Below, piece by piece: positions 53,441 to 64,000 of a stretch of 64,000 nucleotides of DNA. The DNA lies in NCBI RefSeq assembly GCF_009834535.1, contig NC_045707.1:59150001-59214000 (forward strand). The letters are read 5' to 3'. The notes under the pieces are model-generated. The model did not search any database, was not told the origin of the DNA, and saw only the letters and a list, made by a program, of their open reading frames with translations. This stretch comes from Camelus ferus (lineage: Eukaryota). The number at the start of each line of letters is the position of its first letter. The stretch's first letter is position 1. The position numbers were made by a program, and so were the translations under genes.

Positions 53441-54594
53441 GCAAAGCATAATTCAGAGGAGGGATTTATAGGCCTCCTCAGAAGGCCAAGAAAGTACATG
53501 GCTTTTTTGTACAAGGTTAAGAACCCCTGGCCTAATCCTTCTTGTTAAACACAAGAAAAGGACAAGCCCCAGGACAGGCCTGGGCATCCTCCATGGAGCT
53601 CCTCCCAGTGGACAAGATTCAAACAGATCAAATCTTTGCGAACCTTTCCTTACCTGTACAACGATTCACTCACAACCCTCCCCCCGCCCTTTCTGGTCCA
53701 GAAGAGCAGGGAACTTTTGCAGTGCTTTTGCTGAATGCCTATACACAATCTTCATGGATCTCTCCCACCCCTAGCCTCCCTAACTTACTAAGGAGCTAAA
53801 AATAGATCAAGTCAGCAAGAGATACTTACACAAGTTAAAAAGAAAAAAAGAATGTGATTAGTAAAGCAGCTGGTTGATCCCCTTTTGCCTTTTCTACCTG
53901 TTTAATTTATTCGGTTTTTTCTAAAGACAGAATCAAGAGCATGGTTTGCTATAAAAATGTAGGAAGTATCTTTCTCCTTCACTTTATGAAAAAAACGTAA
54001 GCATTATATTAAGATATGTGAAGAGGTCACATATTTTCCTCATTAATACATATCAAATATTTAAACAATTAAATGATAAATCTCTAACAAATTACCTTTA
54101 ATAATTAAGTCTATTACTAAGGTAATGTGATCTGAAGAATGTAACTTAAAAAAAAATTTTTTTTGGAAAAAATCAAATGCTAAGCATATAAAATAATGTT
54201 TGGAGTATCTATGCATACCAAAAAATGAAACTCTGGACAGACGGACTGTTCACTCTAGAAGGGGTTGCAAAAGAACCTAAATTTCTTCAAATAGCCTTTG
54301 CTGAAACCCCCACAAAGAGTATAACTTTGTACTCCAAACATGAAAGGGAACTTTTAGAATTGAAGCTGAGTCTACTTAATTTCTGAAAGAAAGAGAACAA
54401 ATTTCAATATCTCTACAATGAAATCATTCTACTCAAACACATTCATATCTTTTGGCGTAAATGTGGAATGTACTTTGAAAAGCTTCCTAGAGTCTTTTTT
54501 TTTTCTAATTAAAATTAAGTCTGAATCCAGAGTACATACATTAAGCTCAGAAATCATCCAGGCTGGTTACTCCAACAACACTCTCAACGGAAAT

Positions 54595-55065
54595 TGTACT
54601 GGTTTGCTTGGGCTGCCATACATAACAAATTACCACCAGCCACGTAACGTAAAACATCAGAAATTCATTCTCTCATAGTTCTGGGGGCCAGAAGTTTGAA
54701 ACCAAGTTGGTTCCTTCTAAGGCTCTGAGGAAAAACTCATCCCTTGCCTCTCTCCTCCATTCTGGTGGCTGTCAGTTGTCCCTGGTGCTTCTTAGTTTAG
54801 GGCTACATAAATCCAATCTCTGCCTCCACATTTTGCTTTCTCCTTTCGTATCTGTGTCTCCAATCTCCCTCTATCCTTCTCTACAAGGACACCTGTCATT
54901 GTATATACAGCCCAGTCCAAATCCAGAGATGATTTCATCTCAAAATCCTCAACTTAATTACATCTATAAAGACCCTTTTCCAAATATGGTTACATTCATA
55001 AATTCCAAGGATTATGATTTGGATGTAGATTTTTTTTTTTGGAGGCCCTAGTCAACCCATACAGC
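54595..55065 (-). mobile_element. MLT1A/B/C-type MaLR solo LTR
   Basis: gggctgccatacataacaaattaccac...attcattctctcatagttctgggggccagaagt...ttaattacatctataaagacccttttccaaat. Confidence 0.85.
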
Positions 55066-55904
55066 AATGATCTATTTTAACAGTAAACAAACAAACAAAC
55101 AAAAAAATTGGTGACCTCTGCACAATCACAAATAATATGGGCTTAAGGTTTGGTCATATGTTAACAGTAGTATCACCCTGCACATGTGGAGGTCTTCTTC
55201 ATAGTTTGAAAAGGATTTTCACATTCACTTCCTCTTCAATATTTATAAGAACTATTAAGGATGGTTTTATCCTTATTCTCATTTTACAGATAGCAAAGCT
55301 GATGATAAGAACAATTCATGATTTACCAAAGTCAAAGCAAAAGAGGATGGTAAGACATGTCAGAATTTAACTCAACCTTTGAACCCCAGTTGCCTGATTC
55401 CAAGACAAATGCTCTAACCTATGAGAACTTTTCTATTTGGCATCTGATACAAAGCCAGGACATAAAAAGAAGCTGGTGTCTTGACAAATCCAATATGATC
55501 AGATAAGTGTCACCAGGTAATAGGGTTGGAGCAAAATATAGACAAAAACCATTCAGACCATTTTTTGCAATAACTGGATAACATCATGTAAAGAAATTAT
55601 GATTCACATCTGCACAATTTCTGATAAAGCCTCAGTAGAAGGCTCATTTTGTTATTTTCTTGTTTTCCTTTTTTAATGTTCATGTATACATAACAGAGGA
55701 AATGGTGAACATCTGGATAATTTAGTTCAAAAAGCCCTGAATTACCCTCTGCAGGGAAAAGCAATTCTGTTCACCTCTGTATTTCTACCTCTCTCTCACA
55801 CTTTGCTGCAGGATTCCTTCCTTACCTCCTGGACAAAGCTGATTCTATATTTACCATGTGAGGTTCTGAAAAGAACCACACGTAACATGTTTTTGACACC
55901 TTAC

Positions 55905-56036
55905 AAGATTGTGTGAGATGTCAGCAGGATAAGATTTTGGTTCTTTGATGTTTTTGGAAATCCTGCATTTTCCATTGCAACTGAAATAATGGTCCTGGTG
56001 CCTCGCGTTATGTAAGGAGTTTTAATGGTCAGGAAC
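55905..56036 (-). pseudogene. Candidate upstream exon: FLTIKTPYITRGTRTIISVAMENAGFPKTSKNQNLILLTSHTI(L)
   Basis: attctag| acceptor (weak) and CTT|gtaagg donor. 132 nt, open, ends phase 2 as the 49500 exon requires. Confidence 0.4.
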
Positions 56037-56699
56037 CTAGAATATCTGATGTCATGAAGTGTGCCTTTTATCTCCTTAGAAATAGTGCCTCACCATCTTT
56101 GACTGTCTCTAAAGTCCTATGAATCTGAACTGCTCAAAACTTAAATTTGGACCTCTCTGGATTAGAACATTCCAAATGATAGAATGAATCTATCTAAACT
56201 GCATTCATCTTGCACACAGCAGGCTGACTGATGAAAACACAGAAAGTATCTATTAAGTTCTGGTCGAGATGCATTCTACAATGAAGGGAGCTCACTGGAG
56301 TTGATTTCTGCAGTCAGCTACATTAATCACTAGGTTCTTGGCTGTTCTGTTCTACATGCTTACTGCCTAATATGTAAAAAAGGCTAGGTAAACCTCACCA
56401 GCTCCCTAACAAGTAGCTATAGTTTTTTTTTATTCTTTATTTTTTTTATTCTTTATTACAGAATAAAAATCCCACTGAGAAATGGATTTTTTTTTTGATC
56501 ACTCAGTGTCAAGCAAGTCAGGAAGTATTATTTCATAATGTACCTTTCACTGCTTAAACATTAAAAATGATGAGGTGCAAAGCAATATGGAACAGACTGT
56601 ATGCAATGGATAAACTCACAAACTTAAAAGGATGTGAGGAGAGAAGGAGCCTCAGCAGCAGTGAGGAATTTTCCTCCCTTCCTTTCTGTTTCTTTTCCT

Positions 56700-57225
56700 C
56701 GGTGGAGAAGGAAAAATAACTTTTCCTCTAGCAATCGAAATTCTTGACTGAGACCCCTCATAATTAAAAAGACATATTCCCAGGAGAAAAACCAACAGAA
56801 ATTTAATTACATATATACTTCCTGTTTATAAGGGAAAGACCAAGGAAACCTGAGTAACTCCACAGTGGCCCAAATCACCTCCTTAAATACCATCTTCTGC
56901 TAATGACAAAAGAAAGATGCTGGAGGAGAAGAGGTGGGAGAAGGTCTGTCAATGGGAGGTTATCAGGCAAGAGCACTGAACAAGGGTATGATTGTTATGC
57001 AGATTTAAGTCCACAAGAAGAGTTCCTAGAGACAGCCCTCCTTCTCTCCCTGGTGCAGAGAAACACCCTTACAAAGGGAGATTTCTCTTATAAATGTGAA
57101 TGTCCCTTACAAAAGGGTAACTTCTACTTACCTTTCAGAGTTTCTCCCAAATCTGCTGTTTTTACAAAATACCTAGCTGAAAAGAATCGTCATACTAAAG
57201 AGGTGACAAATTCTACTTCCCCTTA
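56700..57225 (-). mobile_element. ERV1-type solo LTR (MER34/MER39-like)
   Basis: ggagaaggaaaaataacttttcctc...ccttaaataccatctt...gttatgcagatttaagtc...tcatactaaagaggtgacaaattctacttcccctta. Confidence 0.6.
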
Positions 57226-57352
57226 CCTCCTTCCCTTTCTCCCACTTCTCTCCCTTCCATCCTTCTTTCCTTTCTTCCTTTCCTTCTTTCATCTCTTCCT
57301 TCCTTCCATTTCCTTCCTTTTTCTTTCATTCATTCTTTTTTTTCTGTCTTTC
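57226..57352. repeat. (TTCC/TTTC)n pyrimidine-rich low-complexity tract
   Basis: Almost purine-free + strand. Confidence 0.85.
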
Positions 57353-58395
57353 CAAGTAATGGAGACACCATGATTTACTCTAAAAGTCTGGCTCTAGCCA
57401 TAAGACATATGGAAATAAACTCAGATGATTCATATTCAATTGGATAACCCTTAATAGTTGTAAAGAATGTTACGATAATGTGACACTATTTTCGTTCTTT
57501 TAGGCATTCATTCAGTAACATCTATGATTACTTACTGTATGTCAAACAGAGAGTTCGACACTAGGGATTCAACAGTGAACAAGATATTTGGGGATCAGGA
57601 CAAAGTAAGAGATGCAAACTGGTCGTGAGTCAACAACAAGTACATGTTGTCCAACCCTAGATACTTACTCCCCTGCCCTACTGGGAAAAAAAAGATATCT
57701 GGGGAGTTCAGACCTTATAGGGAACCCAGATAATAAAGAAGGAAGATGACAAATTTTTAAAAAACTGATCCCACTCTGATTAGAGACCTGAAAGAACAGT
57801 TTGCTATTACAGAGAAAAACAGGGTAAAGTAGAACGACCAAAGTTCTATACTATAGTCAAACATATACAGAATGCAATTTCATGCTCTGTAGCATAAGAG
57901 AATAATGAGTCCAGGATAATGAGATATTCTAGTCGATGAAACAATTCTTTGAATGTCAGACAACATCAGTATCACTTGCCTAAAGGGATATAAAACCACA
58001 TTCTGGCAAAGGAAGGTTGGGTATTATTTAGATTGAAAGTACTGGCTATTCACTGTACGTGATACAAAGCTGAGTAAGCCCTAGGCTCTTTCATTTGTGA
58101 ATTTGTAATTTAGAAAAGAACTCACACACAAATAACTACATTGCAAAAAACCTGACTATGGTAAATATGGTATGATCAATTAAAAAAGGCTACCAAAGAT
58201 GAAAGCAATCATTCTTTTAGGACACGAGTCAGATCACGTCATTCCTTTCCTCAGCTCTTTTAATGGCTTCTTGCCTCACTCAATAAAATGTCAACAACCC
58301 CTGCAATGAGCTTTAAGGCCCTACACAATTTGGCTGCTATTACATCTTTGACTTCATCTCCTGCTACTATTCCCCTGAACTCACCCTGTTCAGCC

Positions 58396-58899
58396 TGTAA
58401 GGGTTCAGAGCAAGCCTTCCCAAAATTTGCTACTTTGGCATGAGCATTATTCTGAGCTAAAGGCAACTGAGACCCTGTGGGTTCCAGAGAAACCACTGCC
58501 CCTCCCTGAACTACACAGAATTTCCACTGGGGATTTTTCCCAGAAAAGAGTTATTGCTTGAGATACAGTTTATCTAAGTGTCCCCATGTACATGGCAGGA
58601 GAGACAGCTAATTACCCAACATCTTCTCTTTTTTTCATCCTGTGCATGTCCCTTCTATCCTTGGAAGCCCCAGGCCTCTATCCCACTCCTTAGCCTAGAA
58701 TGGTCTATGGACCTCATTTTACTTTTCTGTCTCTGGACCTCTCATGGATGCAAGGTCTCTAACCCCTCATGTATGTGGGGTTCTCATATGTATTAAATTT
58801 AATTTAATTTTTTCTTGTTAATCTGTTTCATGTCCATTTCATGCCTAGACCAGCCAAAAGAACCTTGAAGAACAGGGAAAGTTTTCTTCTTCTCCAACA
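58396..58899 (+). mobile_element. ERV1 solo LTR (MER34-like) inserted into an L2 (58220-58395 and 58900-59330)
   Basis: TG...CA termini (tgtaaggg...ccaaca), 4-bp TSD agcc, ATTAAA at ~58791. L2 motif ccctgttcagcc|acacagg resumes after the insertion. Confidence 0.85.
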
Positions 58900-59658
58900 A
58901 GCCACACAGGATTGCCTGTTGTTCCACAAACTACCAAAAATAACCCCACACTAAGGTTTTGGAACTCTTTCCTCCAGATCTCCACATGGCTAACTCTCTC
59001 ACCTCCCTCAGGACTTGGCTCAAATCTCATCTTCAAAAGGAGACCTAATGACTCCCTTGTTAAAGCTGAGATAATCCATCTTTTTCAAATTCCTTTATCC
59101 TCCTCTATTGTTTTCTTTATTCTATGGTACTTATTTATCTTCTTGTGTACTGTGAAACTTCTCAGGTGTCATGTGTGTTGTTTATTGTCAATTTCTGCCA
59201 ATTAGAATGTAAACCCCATGTGGATAGAGATTTTTATCTGTTTCATTCCTTGATGCATTCCAAGCATCAGATCAATATCTGAAGCATAGTAGGTACCCAA
59301 TTAACATCTACTGAATAAATTGATGAGTGAGCAGCTTTGACTGGATGGTAAAGGCAGTGGAAGGAAATCATTAATGACTTAATGTCTGAGGTGGCACATT
59401 GATGATAAACAGGAACTTAGACAGGAAGGGACAGTCTTCCTGACTCATCTATCCCATGTCAGATTATTACTTTCAGCATGAGGAGGAGAGTTCTCAAACA
59501 CAGATAACTTCTCAAAGTTTCTTTATGTAACTGGTACACTGGATGAATATGACTCATGGGATGAGATCATAAAACAAGTTTATTTTAGTCTCCTATTGTT
59601 TTCAAAATGTATTTAGTTGTTTATTTTCCACTGGATGGAAACACAGACAGTCTTAAGA

Positions 59659-59660
<2 letters not shown>

Positions 59661-59719
<59 letters not shown>
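59661..59719. repeat. (TG)n microsatellite
   Basis: About 29 uninterrupted TG units. Confidence 0.95.
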
Positions 59720-59720
<1 letters not shown>

Positions 59721-61149
59721 ATTCTAAGGAAATAGTCACTTCAAATCAAAGCTACTATCTCAGGTTTATAAGTAAAATATTAAGCCCAACTTGTTTAATA
59801 CTGACGTATATCCTTTCCTCTCATCCATCACATCCATTGCAGGGAGATGAGCAGGGTGGAGGAGGGAGCTCACAGAAAGGGGAAAAGGATGGTTGAGTTT
59901 CTCTCTTCCTCTTTCCAGTTTTAAAATACTAGTTTTGGTTCACTGTAGAGTTAAGTCCAGGAAGGGCATTGCAGAATGGAGGAGAGGACAGACCACACCG
60001 TCCTGAGCTGCGTTCAGAGGGTCTGGCAGCTGTCTAGGGCAGACCCTTTCCCCTCATTAGTGCTTTTTGGGGGTCTTCAGTTATTTGCTCAGTCACTGAT
60101 GATCTCTCATCCCCTGGTTTCCTAAACTCATACAAAACAGTCTCTGTTCTGAGGGCTCAATTACTCTACCAACCTCAAAATCCAGATTCCAGAAACTGAT
60201 GTCTATTTGCTCCTGCAGGCAACCCTTTACACAAGATGATACTCAAGAGACTTTCTTTTGTTCCTGACCTATCTGTGGCTCATGGAAAACACTCAAAATT
60301 TCATCATGCTTCGCCACAACAAAAACATCTTCTAGCTATTATAATAGTTATCCAGTCATTTTTTTTCCTGCTTTTAGAATTTTGAAAGTAGTAGGAGTCC
60401 ACTGTCTACCCACTGTCTGCCCCCCCTCCATAAATTACAGGTAGTTCCTATTAAAGTATTTGAGTGGTCTTAAGACCCCCCCGTTTTTTAGTTTTGGTGA
60501 AGGAAAAGCATCCCTAACTCTTGCTATATAATACGTAAACATGAGATCCACAGACCGTTCTCCACACTCTCTCAATCTCTACTGAGTGAACTTAACGTAC
60601 TCCTGATAATCTTTTGACCACCTTAAGCATTGCAAACCTGGCTTGTGGCTAATTCCTGTTTGTTCTACAGGGCGGTCTGTCTCAGTGTTTATTTCGGTGC
60701 CTGAACGATTTCAAAGAAAACGTGCTATTGGAGTTGAGCATTATGAAGAACAACCTGATAATACCGTACAGGTCGCTTTGAAGCAGGACAAGACCAAGCA
60801 GTTGTTAAGGTAGTAAATGCATATGAGAAGAAACACACATGTACAGGGAACATCACATGAACCACAGTGGAACTGGGAAGTTTTTCTTTTAAAAAGGGTA
60901 AATGGACTGAAAGAGATTCTGATTAATCTTGGATAACTGGAGGGATGATAGTAAAACTGTCATGGGACTTCAGAAAAAGATGATGATTCTTCATCTAGTT
61001 TGGACATTAATTCTATGTGAAAAGTGAGACACTCTGTTAAGACTTTCAGGAGGCACCTTGAGGGGCTCCTCTATGAAGGATCTGGATAGAGAATTGTGAT
61101 GATTTGTGACAAAACTCAGAGCAATATATCATTGTAAAACTATATGAAA

Positions 61150-62500
61150 TGTACATTTAATTTTCGAAGAGAATTAACCAAAAAAAAAAAAATTAAGAAG
61201 ATAATGAGAAAGTGTTTCAATATAAGGACAGTATCTGACTCGGTAGACTCACATGGTCCTTAAAAAACAGAAGAAAGGAAAACAAATCAGTATAACATTG
61301 CCTCTATGAAGTAGAAACAGATGACAAAGGTGAGGAAAAACTGTTGATAAACAGCACACTTATTGAATTATAAAACAAACACTTTAGTCTGAATCAATAA
61401 TTAGCAGATCTGACATCGCAGAACATTTAATTAGTGATTTACAAGGCAAGACGGAGAAGAAAGTGAGGAATCCAGAGGAACAGAGCAGAGAGTACACTGA
61501 GCAAGAAAATGAGAAAAATGGCAAAGTAAATAGAAATGCAACTTTTATATAAGAGAGATTTCCAAAGAGAAGGCAGGAGACTGTAAACAATAATCAAAGA
61601 GGAATTCTCAAAAACTATCCAGTTTTTAAAAATCTGTGTTTTGAGATTGAGAGATGAGTCATATCCCAAGCAAACTAATCACAAAAGCAACATGACAACA
61701 AAAATAGCCTGACGACACTGGCACATTCTAAGCATAGAGAATGCTTCAAACACAGAGAAAGCAAGACACATGATGGCCCAACACTCCTTTCAAACACCAA
61801 ATGCCAGAGCACAAGGGAACAATACCCCTAGAGGCTGAAGGGAAAGATTATGACCCACGAGTTCCACATTCTGCCGAGCTGCTGTCCAAATGTGAAGGCA
61901 ACAGATGGACAAAGGCTCATAAAATAGACCACTATTTTGAAAAAGTCTCTATAAAGATTCATTGGTAATTGACAGATGGTAACAAACAGACAAGATCAAG
62001 GATGGTAGAGTGTAGAGGAAAGTCTAGTGATGGGCATTGAAAAGAGTTAAACATACCAAAAAATATACAGAAATAATTTGAAGTGTGGCAACTGTGTTTG
62101 TGAAATATTAGGCATGTACAGTTTTTATTTAAAGTGATTTTTGACATTTTTAAAAGATGAGCATATCACCTAAAACCAGACAGAGGTTGATGTAGAAAAC
62201 AACAAAGGCTTTGAGTTCCTTATAGTCCAAAGCACGAAAGGCTCTTCATTGCACGTGGAAAATACAACAGACAGACAGGTAGACAGACAGATGAAAGAAA
62301 GAAAGAACAAATTATTCTTAAAATTTGGATCAGAAATAAGATACTAATTTCAAAATATGTATTTTATAGTCTTGAAATATTAAAAAGGAGTCTTCATAAA
62401 ACAAAAATATATAAGAGGAAGCAAAAATAAATGAAAGGAAGCATCAAAATGTAAAATACAGGAAGGGAAAAATTAAAAATAATAATAACTATAACATGAG
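61150..62500 (+). mobile_element. Ancient L1ME-type ORF1-region relic
   Basis: A-rich; ataatcaaagaggaattctcaaaaactatccag...gagattgagaga and caaatgccagagcacaagggaacaat...ctgaagggaaagattatgacccacgag motifs. Confidence 0.5.
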
Positions 62501-62949
62501 AGTAGTTTACTATGCGCCCTGCCTTCTGTGTGTGGGGCTTATCTCCTTCAATCTTTAAAATTGCCACACGGAATATATCCTACTGTTATTTTCTTCATTA
62601 CAGACGGATAATTAAAGTTTGAGAAAATGATGTAACGTACCCAACACACGCTTACTTTTTCTTCTTTGACCACTGTCTCTCTTGACTTTCCTCCTAAATT
62701 GGCATCCAGGTAGATAAAGAGGTAAGTCAATCTAGAATTACAGTGCTAAGAACAGAGTTAAAGTACATGACAATTAAGGTGCATAGATTACAACCAGAGA
62801 GGTGATTCTGACATTTTGTAGTCAAAGGTACAGTCTAGGAGTACAGATGTTACTAAAACACGTGGGTGGCTGAGATGGAAATAGAAATGGCAGTCTTTGG
62901 GTAGAAGGAACTTGTTCTCAGAGATCTTAGAAGTGTCATCAAGATGCTC

Positions 62950-63310
62950 TGCCAGTTAGGTTGGGTCCAGGCTAAGCTGCTTTTACAGCAGATCCGAAAA
63001 TACACTCACTCAAATAAGCATACTGTGCCCTAAAGTTACAGGCAGGTATCGGTAGGAGCTTAGTTCCACAAAGTAATCCAGAAATTCAAGTTCTATTTTG
63101 TTCTTCTGTCATCCCCTAGGGTGTCTTCCTTTTCTAAATAGTCCAAGCTCTCTTTCCATCGGGTTCATGAACCAGTTTGCAGGAAGCAAAGAAGAAGCTT
63201 AAGGCAAGCAGCTGATCTGTACGTAGCACAGCTGTTATAATCATAGCCCACTGCCCAGATACAAGGAAGGCTTAGACACATAGCTTCTGGCTGGCTGGCT
63301 GTGTTATAGT
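62950..63310 (-). mobile_element. Old MLT1-like LTR
   Basis: agttaggttgggtccaggctaagctgcttttacagcagatcc...agatacaaggaaggcttagacacatagcttctggctgg. Confidence 0.45.
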
Positions 63311-64000
63311 AAATCTAATGAGGTTCTTTATTAAAAAGAAGAATTAAAGACTGTATATTGGGAGTGTGCCTAACTGGGAGATAATCAGCAGTCTCAGATA
63401 CAAAGTCGAAATACAGGAGAGAAAAAAGGACTATGAAACAGCTGTTGAAATCAGTGCAGAAAGAATTAAAACCTTCTCTGGGAGGTAGGTAGGTGACCAC
63501 CATAGCAAAGAAAGTGCTATGAGTGTATGAATTCTGTTAAAGAAAAGATCCTAGGTTCTCCTTTGAGAATATTTAACCCTTTTACTGATATTGTGAGGTT
63601 TAGTGACCTTGAGAAGAAAGAAATTCAAGACAGACAGGATCTGTGGAGAGTAATGACACTTACTTACACACTCATGGAAGAACGTGGACCCCAAGTTTTT
63701 AAAGGAAGGAGGTACACAGAGGGAATTCGGAGTAAACAGGAATAACTAAGGACAAAGGGATGCCAGTGCTGGAGATAAGAATTAGGGGAAAATGAGAAGG
63801 AAAACATGTTTACTTGTAGCACTCATGTTAATATCCAGGATAGGAGAAACAGGGAGGAATCGTGGTATATTAACAAAAAGGTAACCAAAAGAATATTCTC
63901 TCTCTTATATATGGTTTCTTACTTTTCTTTTTATCTTCACTGCAACAGTTCTTTGCAAAATATATTATTGTAAGCAAACATAACTCTTCCAGAATCTGAA

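Larger units (their letters stand above)
869..56036 (-). pseudogene. Decayed multi-exon protein-coding gene (~17 exons, ~750 codons), product unrecognised
   Basis: Chain of AG/GT-bounded segments on the minus strand, mostly phase-compatible, giving protein-like translation. Terminal TGA at 879-881 and AATAAA at 869-874. Multiple in-frame stops and 1-nt indels. The 5' end is uncertain. Confidence 0.72.

Noticed and set aside
56903..57373. Longest ORF in the track (156 aa, + strand)
   Set aside because: It runs through an LTR into a pyrimidine low-complexity tract, so the hydrophobic tail is a repeat artefact.
1..64000. Prokaryote-type systems (CRISPR arrays, operons, rRNA) or non-retroviral endogenous viral genes
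   Set aside because: No repeat-spacer array, long ORF or viral polymerase/nucleoprotein motif seen; the sequence is clearly mammalian.

Overview
AT-rich, repeat-dense mammalian DNA, most likely camelid (a Vic-1-type tRNA-derived SINE at 51.7 kb plus artiodactyl-type L1 3' ends). I see no intact protein-coding gene, and most ORF-track entries are repeat-derived or chance. Reading splice signals by hand on the minus strand, about 17 exon-like segments between ~56.0 kb and ~0.87 kb join into one gene model of ~2.27 kb (~750 codons). Most junctions are phase-compatible, and the model ends in a stop codon followed by AATAAA. It carries about a dozen inactivating lesions (nonsense codons, 1-nt indels, one dead acceptor), so it looks like a decayed, intron-containing (unitary-type) pseudogene. 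I do not recognise the product. By eye it seems to consist of about four tandem ~120-aa alpha/beta units resembling YbjN/type-III-chaperone-like domains; this is an untested inference. The remainder is L1, L2, MIR, MaLR/ERV1 LTR and DNA-transposon relics plus microsatellites. Repeat family names come from memory of consensus sequences, and most repeat boundaries are approximate.
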